From: an uncultured Candidatus Actinomarina sp.
GTDB taxonomy: Bacteria; Actinomycetota; Acidimicrobiia; Actinomarinales; Actinomarinaceae
Length of the DNA: 64,000 nt
Reading direction: 5' to 3'
NCBI GenBank assembly: GCA_902555055.1
Contig: CACDQN010000001.1
Coordinates: forward strand, 167,535 to 231,534
The number at the start of each line of letters is the position of its first letter. Position 1 is the stretch's first letter. The notes beneath the pieces were generated by a model. It made no database searches. It had not been told where the DNA came from and worked only from the letters and a program-made list of their open reading frames with translations. The translations under genes and the position numbers were made by a program. This document shows positions 11,000 to 21,273 of this stretch, piece after piece.

Positions 11000-11078
11000 A
11001 TATAAAGAATACGGTAAATGTATAAATACTTGTAATTTTCATTTAAGTGTATAAACGGATAGTTATTAATATGAAAAC

Positions 11079-13559
11079 ATGTTTGAAAGATTTACAGATA
11101 GAGCTAGAAGAGTTGTTGTCTTAGCTCAAGAAGAAGCCAGAAGGTTAAACCATAATTACATTGGTACAGAGCACATTTTACTTGGTTTAATCCAAGAAGG
11201 TGAAGGACATGCTGCAAAAGCCTTAGAAGAATTAAATATCAATATCGAAAGTGTAAGATCTGAAGTAGTGGAAATAATTGGAGAAGGTCAACAGTCTCCT
11301 AGTGGTCATATTCCATTCACCCCAAGAGCAAAAAAAGTTTTAGAGCTTTCCCTAAGAGAAGCATTACAACTTGGTCATAACTACATTGGAACGGAACATA
11401 TTTTACTTGGTCTTATTAGAGAAGGTGAAGGAGTAGCTGCACAAGTACTCAAAAAATTAGGTGCAGAACTTTCTCAAGTAAGGCAGACAGTTATTAAATT
11501 AATTTCTTCATCCGGAGAAAGTAAAAAACAGCAATCTGCCTCCACTGGAGGTAGAGAAAGACCTGGATCTGGAACTGGCTCAGCTATTTTAGATCAATTC
11601 GGAAGAAATTTAACAAGGATGGCTAAAGAAGGGAAGCTAGACCCAGTTATTGGAAGAACTACAGAGATAGAAAGAGTAATGCAGATACTATCTAGAAGAA
11701 CAAAAAACAACCCAGTGTTAATTGGTGAGCCAGGAGTAGGAAAAACAGCAATAGTTGAAGGCCTAGCTCAAAAAGTTATTTCGGGAGATGTGCCAGTTAC
11801 ACTTGAAGGGAAACAGATTTATACCCTAGATCTCTCAGCTCTAGTTGCAGGATCAAGATATCGTGGAGACTTTGAAGAAAGATTAAAGAAGGTACTAAAA
11901 GAAATTAAAACTAGGGGAGATATCGTATTATTTATTGATGAGATACACACCTTAGTTGGTGCAGGTGCTGCTGAGGGAGCAATTGATGCAGCATCAATAT
12001 TAAAACCTATGTTAGCCAGAGGTGAATTGCAGACTATTGGTGCTACAACTCTTGAAGAATTTAGAAAACATTTTGAAAAAGATGCAGCTTTAGAAAGAAG
12101 ATTTCAATCCGTACAGGTTGACGAACCTAACCTTTCAGATGCAATAGAAATTTTGGATGGACTTAAAGACAGGTACGAAGTTCATCATGGTGTTAGATTT
12201 ACAGATCAAGCCATAGCTTCAGCTGTAAATATGGCAGATAGATATATATCAGATCGTTTTTTACCAGATAAAGCAATAGACCTTATTGATGAAGCTGGAA
12301 GCAGGATGAGAGTATATAAAAAACCTCTTGAACCTGAAAAACAAGAAGTTGCAGACAAGCTAAAAAACCTTAGGGAGCAAAAAATAGATGCTGTACAATC
12401 TCAACTTTATGAAAAAGCTGCACAGATTCGAGATCAAGAAAAGTTATTACTTGATGAAGTGTCTATGGTTTCTTCAAGTGAAGTGTCAGATATAGAAATG
12501 GTAATTGACGAGGAAGAAATTGCAGAAGTTTTAGCTCAATGGACTGGTATACCTGTTCATCGACTCACACAAGAAGAAACTGCAAGACTGCTTGAAATGG
12601 AAAAGGAACTCCACAAAAGAATCATTGGACAAGAAGAAGCAATTACTGCTGTCTCTAAAGCTATAAGAAGAACAAGATCTGGTCTAAAAGATCCAAAAAG
12701 GCCTTCGGGTTCTTTTATTTTCCTAGGCCCCTCAGGTGTCGGAAAAACTGAAACAGCCAAAGCTCTTGCAGAGTTCTTATTTGGCGATGAGGATTCTTTA
12801 ATCCAAATTGATATGTCTGAATATATGGAGAAGCATACAGTAAGTAGACTTATTGGCTCTCCTCCTGGATATGTAGGATATGATGAAGGAGGACAACTTA
12901 CTGAAGCAGTAAGAAGAAAACCATTTAGTATTGTTCTACTAGATGAAGTTGAAAAAGCGCATCCAGATGTTTTCAATACATTATTGCAAATTCTTGAAGA
13001 TGGAAGACTTACAGATGCTCAAGGTAGAACAGTAGATTTCAAAAATACAATAATCATTATGACTTCTAACCTTGGAACTAAAGACTTAGCAAAGAATATT
13101 GGATTTAGTAATTTATCTGATACAGACAATTATGAAAAAATGAAATCAAAAGTTGGAGAAGAGCTTAAAAGATATTTCAAACCAGAGTTTTTGAACAGAA
13201 TTGATGAAACAATCGTATTTCACGAGCTTACACTTGATGAGGTTAAAGAAATTGTTGATCTCATGCTTGATAGAGTTCATGAGCAACTTAAGAATTCAGA
13301 TCTTGAAATTGTACTTTCTGATGAAGCAAAAGAGTATCTTGCTACTGAGGGTTATGATAAAGAATTTGGAGCAAGACCATTAAGAAGATCAATTCAACGA
13401 CTTTTAGAAGACCCACTTTCTGAAGAATTGTTAATGGGTAAATATAAAGCTGGTTCTACAATTGTTGTATCTTTAAACAGTGAAGACAAATCACTTATGT
13501 TTGAACCTGTTGAAGCTCCAGAAGAACCTCCTGTTGATTTTGCAGATTCAGAATCTTAA
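11079..13559 (+). CDS. clpC: ATP-dependent Clp protease ATP-binding subunit ClpC
   Basis: Duplicated N-terminal Clp_N repeats, two AAA modules (GEPGVGKT and GPSGVGKT), and a UVR-like middle domain. Confidence 0.95.
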   Translation: MFERFTDRARRVVVLAQEEARRLNHNYIGTEHILLGLIQEGEGHAAKALEELNINIESVRSEVVEIIGEGQQSPSGHIPFTPRAKKVLELSLREALQLGHNYIGTEHILLGLIREGEGVAAQVLKKLGAELSQVRQTVIKLISSSGESKKQQSASTGGRERPGSGTGSAILDQFGRNLTRMAKEGKLDPVIGRTTEIERVMQILSRRTKNNPVLIGEPGVGKTAIVEGLAQKVISGDVPVTLEGKQIYTLDLSALVAGSRYRGDFEERLKKVLKEIKTRGDIVLFIDEIHTLVGAGAAEGAIDAASILKPMLARGELQTIGATTLEEFRKHFEKDAALERRFQSVQVDEPNLSDAIEILDGLKDRYEVHHGVRFTDQAIASAVNMADRYISDRFLPDKAIDLIDEAGSRMRVYKKPLEPEKQEVADKLKNLREQKIDAVQSQLYEKAAQIRDQEKLLLDEVSMVSSSEVSDIEMVIDEEEIAEVLAQWTGIPVHRLTQEETARLLEMEKELHKRIIGQEEAITAVSKAIRRTRSGLKDPKRPSGSFIFLGPSGVGKTETAKALAEFLFGDEDSLIQIDMSEYMEKHTVSRLIGSPPGYVGYDEGGQLTEAVRRKPFSIVLLDEVEKAHPDVFNTLLQILEDGRLTDAQGRTVDFKNTIIIMTSNLGTKDLAKNIGFSNLSDTDNYEKMKSKVGEELKRYFKPEFLNRIDETIVFHELTLDEVKEIVDLMLDRVHEQLKNSDLEIVLSDEAKEYLATEGYDKEFGARPLRRSIQRLLEDPLSEELLMGKYKAGSTIVVSLNSEDKSLMFEPVEAPEEPPVDFADSES

Positions 13560-13684
13560 TTATTTGTCAAATTCAACTCAAAAACTTGCCTAACAATCAA
13601 GCCTATTAATAAATATCTGTCTAGTATATATTTCGTATAGGTATTTTTTAAAGTACCTTCAACTAGTTGGACAAGGAGTAAAAA

Positions 13685-14806
13685 GTGACTCGAATGAAGT
13701 CAAAATGGCTAATACTTTTCATGGTATTTAGCTTATTTTTAGTTGCTTGTGGAGGCGGATCTGATGAAGCGGTTGAAGAAGTTGAGGCAGTAGAGGAACC
13801 AGCAGAAACGCTGGACTCACCTGCAACAACAGCTGCAGCAGCTGAACCAGAAGCTGACCCTATGGGCATTTGCTTAGTGTTAGATATTGGTGGCCTCGGC
13901 GACCTATCATTTAACGATCTAGCTTACGCTGGATATGAGAAAGCTGTCGCTGATTTTGGTATGAATGGAACATTCTTAGAACCAGATGGCGGTGGAGAAA
14001 ATAGGGGAGAACTTCTAGAACTTTGTGCAGAAGCAGGAAACGATTTGATTATTGGAAACGGTTTCTTATTTGATGCATCAATGAATGAAGTTGCACCTAA
14101 ATTTCCAGACACTAATTTTGCAATTACTGATGGTGTTGCAGAACCAGGAAATGTAAGAGGCATGTTATTTAATCATGCTGAAGGTTCATTTCTAGCAGGT
14201 GTAGCAGCTGCATTAAAAACACAGACAAACAATGTCGGATTTTTAGGCGGAGTTGATTTTCCATTAATTCATGAATTTGAACAGGGATTTATTGCTGGAG
14301 TACAAGCAGTTAATCCAGATATTGTAATTCAAATTGGTTACGCAACAGTCGCACCTGATTTCGGTGGTTTTAATGATCAAGTTAAAGGTAAAGAAATAGC
14401 ACTTGCACAATATGAAGCAGGAGCAGATATTATTTATCATGCTGCCGGTGGTACAGGAACAGGAATGTTCGAAGCCGCTAAGGAAGTATCAGAAAGTACT
14501 GGCTCAAAAGTTTGGGGTATTGGTGTAGACTTTGACCAATATTACCAAGTTGGTAATGCACTTCCTGAACTTCAGGAATATATACTTTCTTCTATGGTGA
14601 AAGCAGTTGATGTTTCAATTTACAATGCTGCAAAAGCCACAATGGAAGGAACATTTACAGGTGGAGCATCTGTTGATAATTTAGCAACAGGTGGAATCTA
14701 TCTATCTTATTCTGGAGGCTACATAGACGATATTAAAGATACTATTGAAAGCTATAAAGAAAAAATTATGAGTGGGGAAATTGTTCCTCCATCAGCTAGA
14801 CCTTAA
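13685..14806 (+). CDS. BMP-family (PnrA-like) ABC transporter substrate-binding lipoprotein, nucleoside-type
   Basis: Lipobox LVAC, an acidic Ala/Glu/Pro linker, and BMP-family core motifs (GFLGGVDFPLIHEFEQGFIAGV). AGGAG lies 6 nt before the GTG. Confidence 0.85.
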   Translation: MTRMKSKWLILFMVFSLFLVACGGGSDEAVEEVEAVEEPAETLDSPATTAAAAEPEADPMGICLVLDIGGLGDLSFNDLAYAGYEKAVADFGMNGTFLEPDGGGENRGELLELCAEAGNDLIIGNGFLFDASMNEVAPKFPDTNFAITDGVAEPGNVRGMLFNHAEGSFLAGVAAALKTQTNNVGFLGGVDFPLIHEFEQGFIAGVQAVNPDIVIQIGYATVAPDFGGFNDQVKGKEIALAQYEAGADIIYHAAGGTGTGMFEAAKEVSESTGSKVWGIGVDFDQYYQVGNALPELQEYILSSMVKAVDVSIYNAAKATMEGTFTGGASVDNLATGGIYLSYSGGYIDDIKDTIESYKEKIMSGEIVPPSARP

Positions 14807-14832
14807 TAAAGGCTAGATATTTTATATTCGTT

Positions 14833-14862
14833 CCAGGGGAAACCCTGGAGCGGATATTTTTT
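14833..14862 (+). terminator. stem-loop (CCAGGG-GAAA-CCCTGG) followed by a T-run; candidate partial terminator or attenuator between the SBP and ABC ATPase genes
   Basis: 6-bp GC-rich stem with a GAAA tetraloop, and TATTTTTT 8 nt downstream. Confidence 0.4.
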
Positions 14863-14870
14863 ATAACAAA

Positions 14871-16382
14871 ATGAATTTAGCAATAGAAATAGAAAATATA
14901 ACAAAAACCTATCCGGGGGTTTTAGCTAATTCTGATGTCTCGATTAGTGTAAATTCTGGAAGTATACATGCAATTGTCGGCGAAAATGGTGCTGGTAAAT
15001 CTACTTTGATGAAAATATTGTATGGAATGATTAAGCCAGATTCAGGGAGCATTCAAATTTTTGAATCTAATGCAAACATGAGTTCACCTAAAGATGCTAT
15101 AAATTTAGGAATTGGAATGGTGCATCAACACTTTATGCTTGCAAAGAATTTAACAGTTTTAGAGAATATTATTTTAGGTATAGACAAGCCTCTATTAAAA
15201 AATATTAAATTATCAAAATATAAGTCTGAGATAAAAAAAGTAATGGACTTGTACTCTTTAAATATAAATCTAAATCAGTATATTGACGAACTAAGTGTGG
15301 GAGAAAAACAACGAGTAGAAATAATAAAAGTTTTATATAGAGGTGCAAAAATACTCATCTTAGATGAACCAACCGCAGTTTTAGTTCCACAAGAGGTAAA
15401 AGAATTATTTAAAAATTTAAAAGAACTAAAGGACAAAGGCGTAACAATTCTATTTATATCCCACAAGTTAGACGAAGTTCTCGAAATTGCTGATGAGATA
15501 TCCGTTATGAGATCTGGACAAATGATTGATACTGTAATGAATAATAATGTCAGTAAAATACAGCTAGCAGAAATGATGATTGGAAAAAGCCTTCCAACAC
15601 CTCCACCAAGAATCACTTCCTCAGAGGATGAAGAAGTACTTAGCATTAATAACTTATCTTCAATTGATGAGGATGGTAGAACCGTTTTCAAAAATATAAC
15701 TTTTAAAGTTCATAAATCTGAAATTTTAGGTATAGCTGGAGTTGAAGGCAATGGGCAAAAAGAAGTTGTTGAGTCAATAATAGGAATCCATCCTCTTGAT
15801 ACAGGTGAAGTAGTTTTTAGAGGCGAGGATATAAAAAAACAATCTACGAGAGAGCGATTAGAATCTGGAATTAGTTTTATACCTGAAGATAGGCAACTAC
15901 AAGCAATGATAATGGATATGAATTTAACTAATAATGTAATTATTGGCAGACAAAATATTGAGAAATATAAAAGTAGCTTAGGAACAGTCAAAACGAGAAA
16001 TGCTGCCAAAGAATCAGAAAAAATAATATCATCTTTTGAGGTTAAAACACCAAGTACAAATACTCTTGCTACAGCTCTTTCTGGTGGTAATCAGCAAAAA
16101 TTTGTTGTCGGTAGAGAACTTGAAGACAACCCTAGTCTCTTGATTGCATCTCAGCCTACTAGGGGTATTGATATAGGCGCTCAATCTTTAATTTGGGAGA
16201 AGTTAAGAAATAGTCGAGACGAAGGCCTTTCCGTATTGTTAATATCTGCAGATTTAGAAGAATTAATTGGTTTATCAGATAGGATAATTGTTTTTTATCA
16301 AGGAAAGTTAGTTAAAGAGTTAGATGCTGACAAGGTTTCACCTGAAGACTTGGGCGGGTATATGACAGGTTTAAAAAAATGA
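14871..16382 (+). CDS. ABC transporter ATP-binding protein with duplicated ABC domains (nucleoside/sugar type)
   Basis: Two Walker A, signature and Walker B sets (GENGAGKST … LSVGEKQRVEI … ILILDEP; second domain LSGGNQQK). Confidence 0.9.
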   Translation: MNLAIEIENITKTYPGVLANSDVSISVNSGSIHAIVGENGAGKSTLMKILYGMIKPDSGSIQIFESNANMSSPKDAINLGIGMVHQHFMLAKNLTVLENIILGIDKPLLKNIKLSKYKSEIKKVMDLYSLNINLNQYIDELSVGEKQRVEIIKVLYRGAKILILDEPTAVLVPQEVKELFKNLKELKDKGVTILFISHKLDEVLEIADEISVMRSGQMIDTVMNNNVSKIQLAEMMIGKSLPTPPPRITSSEDEEVLSINNLSSIDEDGRTVFKNITFKVHKSEILGIAGVEGNGQKEVVESIIGIHPLDTGEVVFRGEDIKKQSTRERLESGISFIPEDRQLQAMIMDMNLTNNVIIGRQNIEKYKSSLGTVKTRNAAKESEKIISSFEVKTPSTNTLATALSGGNQQKFVVGRELEDNPSLLIASQPTRGIDIGAQSLIWEKLRNSRDEGLSVLLISADLEELIGLSDRIIVFYQGKLVKELDADKVSPEDLGGYMTGLKK

Positions 16383-17458
16383 AAATGCGATTTAGGGTTA
16401 TTAGCCTATCTGCTCCAATTATTGCTTTAACCATTTCCTTTGGCCTCAGTTCTTTGATTTTACTTGTTATTGGTAAAGACCCATATGAAACTTTTAGGAT
16501 AATGTTTGAATATGGAAGTACTGGTAAATCAATTGTTTCTATTATCAATAGATCTATTCCACTATACATTTCCGCAATCGCTGTTGCAGTTGGTTTTAAA
16601 ATGGGACTATTTAATATTGGAGTAGAGGGTCAGTATTTAATGGGTACTTTAGTTGCAGCATATATTGGTGCTCAATTTTCAATAGTTACTCCAATACATA
16701 TACTATTTATAATCATTGTTGCAGTTGTTGTATCTTCCATGTGGGCAGCTATTGCAGGATATCTTAAAGTTGAAAAAGGAATTCATGAAGTAATATCCAC
16801 AATAATGTTGAATTATATTGGCACAGGATTGATAGCCTACTCACTCACAACACTCTTTGATGAACCTAATTCGAATTATGATCTACCCAGGACAGCAGAA
16901 CTGCCTGAAACTGGAAAAATGCCATCATTAAATAAATTTTTTAATATTGAAGACTTACAAGACTTACATGGTTTTTTAGCTGTCGCCATATTAGTTGGCA
17001 TTCTTTATTATTGGTTAGTCTGGAAAACAACTCTAGGATTTGATTTAAGAATTACAGGCTCAAACCCGATTGCTGCGAAATTTAGTGGCATAAATCCAAA
17101 AAGACTTGTTGTAATTGCAATGATAGTATCTGGTGCGTTCGCAGGACTTGTAGGCCTTGCGCCCCTATTGGGCTATTTTCACAGGTATACTATTGATTTT
17201 CCGACTGGATTAGGATTTGCTGGAATCGGAGTAGCACTACTAGGAAGAAATCATCCATTTGGAATGGCCGTAGGGGCATTATTGTTTGCATTTTTACAAC
17301 GATCGGCACAAATATTAGATTTGAATGATGTTCCAAAAGAAATTGAAAAAATGATGCAAGCTTTTATTTTATTAATTGTGGTTGTTTTTTATGAAGTTAT
17401 TAGACGCTTTATAGTCAAGCAGCAGATTAAAGATGCTTCAAAAAGGACCGATGAGTAA
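16379..17458 (+). CDS. ABC transporter permease (BMP/nucleoside system, first permease)
   Basis: Polytopic membrane protein of BPD permease type. GTGA-type overlap with the ATPase gene. Confidence 0.85.
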   Translation: MKMRFRVISLSAPIIALTISFGLSSLILLVIGKDPYETFRIMFEYGSTGKSIVSIINRSIPLYISAIAVAVGFKMGLFNIGVEGQYLMGTLVAAYIGAQFSIVTPIHILFIIIVAVVVSSMWAAIAGYLKVEKGIHEVISTIMLNYIGTGLIAYSLTTLFDEPNSNYDLPRTAELPETGKMPSLNKFFNIEDLQDLHGFLAVAILVGILYYWLVWKTTLGFDLRITGSNPIAAKFSGINPKRLVVIAMIVSGAFAGLVGLAPLLGYFHRYTIDFPTGLGFAGIGVALLGRNHPFGMAVGALLFAFLQRSAQILDLNDVPKEIEKMMQAFILLIVVVFYEVIRRFIVKQQIKDASKRTDE

Positions 17459-18702
17459 TGAAAAAGATTTTTAAAACACTATCAAATAGATACATAGTTT
17501 TTATGCCAGTTCTATTAGTTCTTGTAGTTGCTCAAGTAGAAACTTACTCCCAACTTACCACAAGTGGCACATTTGGAGCGGCTGTTCGTTTAGCTATTCC
17601 TATTTTATTAGCTGGATTAGGTGGTCTGTATTCCGAAAAGACAGGTGTAGTCAATATTGGCCTTGAAGGAATGATGATAATGGGTACCTGGTTTGGTGCG
17701 TGGGGAGGTTATACATTTGGTGCTTGGCAGGGTGTATTTATTGGTATGTTGGGTGGCGCACTTTTTGGTCTAATACATGCAATTGCAACGGTATCTTTTC
17801 AAGTAGACCACATAGTTTCCGGTGTAGCAATCAACATTCTTGCTGCTGGTGTTGCACGATTTTTAAATGTAATAGCATTTAAAGATGTACAGTATGCTTC
17901 TTCTACAGCTTCTCCAAGGATTCAAGGAGATATTGAAATATTTACTATGCCTTTTCTAGCGGGGGGAAAGATTGGTGAAAGCGAAACCTTTAATTTACTT
18001 GGAACTATTGAAAATCTTGATATCTTTTTATTATCAGATATTTCCGCATTCTTTTTAGGATTTTTATCCAATATATCTTATCTGACACTTTTTGCACTAG
18101 CCCTCGTACCAGTATCTGTTCTAGTTTTATGGTTTACACCTTTAGGATTGCAAATGAGAAGTGTCGGTGAGTATCCTGCTGGTAGTGAGTCCTTAGGTGT
18201 CAATGTCTATTTGATGAAATATATTGGAGTTACTATATCTGGTGCTCTTGCCGGTTTGGCAGGATCTTATTTAGTAGTCGCGGGAACGGGTACTTATTTA
18301 GAAGGACAAACTGGTGGAAGAGGCTTTATCGGACTGGCATCTATGTTATTTGGCAATTACAAACCTTTTGGTGTATTGATGGGTTCAGGTTTATTTGGTT
18401 TTGCAGACGCTCTTCAGCTTAGGTCCCCTCAAGCTGTCCATGGTTTGTTAATAGTCATTTCAATCTTCTTATTAATTCTTACTTTTAAAACATTTTTTGA
18501 AAAAAAATATAAAGTAAGCATATTATCATTTTTATTTAGTGCTGCATTTCTGCTGTGGTTTATGAATTCTACAAGTATCCCAAATCAGTTTGTTTATTTT
18601 ACACCTCACATAACTACTTTGATTGTTTTATCTTTTGCAAATCAAAGAATTAAATTGCCAGAAAAAATAGGTGTACCTTATAAAAAAGGTGAAATTAACT
18701 AG
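17458..18702 (+). CDS. ABC transporter permease (second permease)
   Basis: Polytopic membrane protein. 1-nt overlap with the previous permease gene. Confidence 0.85.
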   Translation: MKKIFKTLSNRYIVFMPVLLVLVVAQVETYSQLTTSGTFGAAVRLAIPILLAGLGGLYSEKTGVVNIGLEGMMIMGTWFGAWGGYTFGAWQGVFIGMLGGALFGLIHAIATVSFQVDHIVSGVAINILAAGVARFLNVIAFKDVQYASSTASPRIQGDIEIFTMPFLAGGKIGESETFNLLGTIENLDIFLLSDISAFFLGFLSNISYLTLFALALVPVSVLVLWFTPLGLQMRSVGEYPAGSESLGVNVYLMKYIGVTISGALAGLAGSYLVVAGTGTYLEGQTGGRGFIGLASMLFGNYKPFGVLMGSGLFGFADALQLRSPQAVHGLLIVISIFLLILTFKTFFEKKYKVSILSFLFSAAFLLWFMNSTSIPNQFVYFTPHITTLIVLSFANQRIKLPEKIGVPYKKGEIN

Positions 18703-19517
18703 CCTCTTCCGTAAAAGGTTATTTCTTGAATCGCACATTCATCAAATGGCTGGCTTCCAGAAACTTCTTCGCCAGGATAGGCACTCAAAACATCAATTTT
18801 TAAGTAAGATGTTGTCGCATTAATATCTATCCATTGCGAAGTATTATCATTTTCTATTTCTTTATCTAAACTAAATTGACTATCACTAGTTGTAATTAAA
18901 ATATCTCTGACTTTATGATTTCTTGTAAACGATTTTGAATCTTCTACATTTTGAAAAACTAAAAATTCAATATACAATTCTTTTGCAAAATTAAATTCAA
19001 TCCATCCATCTTCACAAGCTAAACTATTATCTTGCCATGTAGACTTATCACCATCATATAGATTTTCGCACGACCATCCATCACCACTGTTATAAGAACT
19101 TGAGGCGGAGCAACTTATCGGATATTGTTTTTGTAATACACTTACAACAGTTGTTGAAGTTGTTGATGTAGTAGATTGTTGAATTATTTGTGTTTCCTCA
19201 ACCACTTCTTCAGCAATAGTTGAATTATAAAAATAGCTAGCTAAAGCAATTGCTGGGATTAATACAGTAAGGAAGACTACCGCTCTCATTCCAGGGACTT
19301 CTTTTCTTGAAGGCATTGGCGTTGCACCATAAGTAGACAAAGGTTTATTTAATAGTTGTTCCGGGGCTCTTTTAGTTCTTTCAATTTTCTCAGTTTGACT
19401 AGAATCTTTGCCCTCCATATCTTTCAGACTTAATCCAAGCCAATCTCCACAGCTTGAGCAAAACTCTAATTCTTTATCAACAACTGCTGAACAACTTTTA
19501 CACTCTATTTTTTCCAT
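18699..19517 (-). CDS. membrane-anchored protein: cytoplasmic zinc ribbon, one TM helix, Thr-rich linker and an extracellular beta-rich domain (possibly discoidin/galactose-binding-like)
   Basis: N-terminal CKSC…CSSCG 4-Cys ribbon, TM helix AVVFLTVLIPAIALASYFY, a STTSTTSTT linker, and a C-terminal Cys-containing domain ending …CAIQEITFYGRG. Confidence 0.5.
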   Translation of the reverse strand: MEKIECKSCSAVVDKELEFCSSCGDWLGLSLKDMEGKDSSQTEKIERTKRAPEQLLNKPLSTYGATPMPSRKEVPGMRAVVFLTVLIPAIALASYFYNSTIAEEVVEETQIIQQSTTSTTSTTVVSVLQKQYPISCSASSSYNSGDGWSCENLYDGDKSTWQDNSLACEDGWIEFNFAKELYIEFLVFQNVEDSKSFTRNHKVRDILITTSDSQFSLDKEIENDNTSQWIDINATTSYLKIDVLSAYPGEEVSGSQPFDECAIQEITFYGRG

Positions 19518-19597
19518 AAATTACAAATTAATATCTAATAAACAAATAATACAGTAACATTCAAATAAAAAAATCACTCATATATAAAAGAGATAAT

Positions 19598-20653
19598 ATG
19601 CAAAACAACAATAGTGAATTAACCCAATTATTACCAGGAGAACCTTTAAGAATTGGTGTTGATTTAATTGCAGATAAAAAGAGTGGAGCTTTGATCGTTA
19701 TAGGGTCATCAGCTAAGTTAGAAAAAATTTCTTCCGGTGGAGTTGATTTAATTAATTGTGAATATTCCCCAGAAATGCTTAGTGAATTAGCAAAGATGGA
19801 CGGAGCAATAATTGTTGATGAATTTGTAACAAAAATTTTAAAGGCCAATGTTCATTTAAATCCCTCAGACACATTGAATACTTCACAAACAGGTACAAGG
19901 CACAGGACTGCGGAAAGAACCGCCGAAGAGACGAGCTTAACAGTAATCACAGTTTCTGAAGAATCTTCACTAGTTAAAGTTTTTACTAATTCAGATACTA
20001 CTGAGCTTGAAGAGCCTTCGGTTATTTTAGGTCGAGTCAATGAGTCATTACAGTCAGTAGATAGAATGAGACGAAGATTTGATGATGCTGTTACTGAACT
20101 TGGTGAGCTTGAAATTGAAAACTCATTAAGTAATCAACAAGTACTAGAAGTAATTCAAAGGGGGGAGCTCCTGACTCGATTAGCAAAACAAGTAAGATCT
20201 GAAGCTTTACGTTTAGGTGGCGAGTCAGGTCTTGTTTTAATTCAGATTGATTCTTTAGAGTCTGGAGTGACAAATACTTTAAATCTTGTATTAAAAGATC
20301 ATTTACCAGCAAAAAAATATAGGAACATTGCAAAAGCAATTGATGAGATTTCACGTCAATCTTATGAAGAGTTAAATGATATTAATTATTTAGGTTCAGT
20401 TTTAGGCAAATTACCTCTTGATGATTTGTCTACATCCAAAGGCTATAGAGTTCTAGCAAGACTACCCAATCTACCAGAGAATCTCCATGATTCTATAATT
20501 CAAAAATTTAAAACATTGCCTAAGCTTTTGTCAGCCTCTCCCGAAAAGCTTTATGAAATTGAAGGCATTGGACAAGGTAGGGCACAACAACTTCGAAATT
20601 ATTTTGACACTTTGCTTAAAAACATTGGCTTTTCCTATTTAAATGGGCATTAA
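19598..20653 (+). CDS. disA: DNA integrity scanning protein DisA (diadenylate cyclase)
   Basis: DAC domain motifs (LIADKKSGALIVIG, DGAIIVD, RHRTAERTA), a linker, and a C-terminal HhH; 351 aa. Confidence 0.9.
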   Translation: MQNNNSELTQLLPGEPLRIGVDLIADKKSGALIVIGSSAKLEKISSGGVDLINCEYSPEMLSELAKMDGAIIVDEFVTKILKANVHLNPSDTLNTSQTGTRHRTAERTAEETSLTVITVSEESSLVKVFTNSDTTELEEPSVILGRVNESLQSVDRMRRRFDDAVTELGELEIENSLSNQQVLEVIQRGELLTRLAKQVRSEALRLGGESGLVLIQIDSLESGVTNTLNLVLKDHLPAKKYRNIAKAIDEISRQSYEELNDINYLGSVLGKLPLDDLSTSKGYRVLARLPNLPENLHDSIIQKFKTLPKLLSASPEKLYEIEGIGQGRAQQLRNYFDTLLKNIGFSYLNGH

Positions 20654-20685
20654 GTATTTTTATATCTGTATTAATGTTGTAATTT

Positions 20686-21243
20686 ATGGCAACTAAAACA
20701 AAGAAACTTCCAAAAGACAAATATAAACCTAATCAATTTGTAGTTCATCCACATCATGGAGCAGCAAAAGTGATAAGAAAAGTAAATAAAAATGTGGAGA
20801 TTTTTGTTGACGGAGAACCTAAATCAAAAAGAATCCAATATTTTGAAATAGAAGTCTTAACGGATGGATTATTAGTAATGGTTCCTGTTGAAAGTGTTGA
20901 TGAAGTAATAAGACCAGTTATTTCAAAAAATGCAGTTTCAAAAAAAGTGTATCCAATATTTAAAGAAAAACCCGAAGAAGCTGGGACTAATTGGAGTAGA
21001 TGGTACAAAGTACTTACAGAAAAAATGACATCTGGAGATGTAATTCAAGTTGCTGAAGTAGTTCGTGATCTTACTCATGCTCAAATTAACAAAGGCATAT
21101 CACCAGCATTAAAGCGAATGCTTGCAAAAGCACGAACAACCTTAGCAAGTGAAATTGCTTGTGCTCTTAATGTAGATGAAGAAACTGCGATTGAAAAAAT
21201 TAATCAACATCTACCAGAAGAAGACCCAGAAGACGGTTTATAA
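20686..21243 (+). CDS. carD: CarD-family transcriptional regulator
   Basis: N-terminal RNAP-interacting domain with VVHPHHGAAKV. Lies next to ispF and cysS as in other Actinobacteria. Confidence 0.85.
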   Translation: MATKTKKLPKDKYKPNQFVVHPHHGAAKVIRKVNKNVEIFVDGEPKSKRIQYFEIEVLTDGLLVMVPVESVDEVIRPVISKNAVSKKVYPIFKEKPEEAGTNWSRWYKVLTEKMTSGDVIQVAEVVRDLTHAQINKGISPALKRMLAKARTTLASEIACALNVDEETAIEKINQHLPEEDPEDGL

Positions 21244-21273
21244 TCAAAATTAAACATCTTAAATAAGGTAAAT

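Noticed and set aside
10999-11078. possible heat-shock operator (CtsR/ClgR-type) upstream of clpC
   Set aside because: I found no GGTCAAA tandem or CGC-N5-GCG type motif in the 80-bp AT-rich divergent region.
12557-12976. 139-aa ORF antisense to clpC
   Set aside because: It lies entirely inside the strongly supported clpC CDS. The open frame comes from codon bias on the opposite strand, and it has no motifs.
15275-16009. two ORFs (138 and 99 aa) antisense to the BMP-system ABC ATPase
   Set aside because: They are embedded in a high-confidence ABC ATPase gene and have no RBS or motifs.
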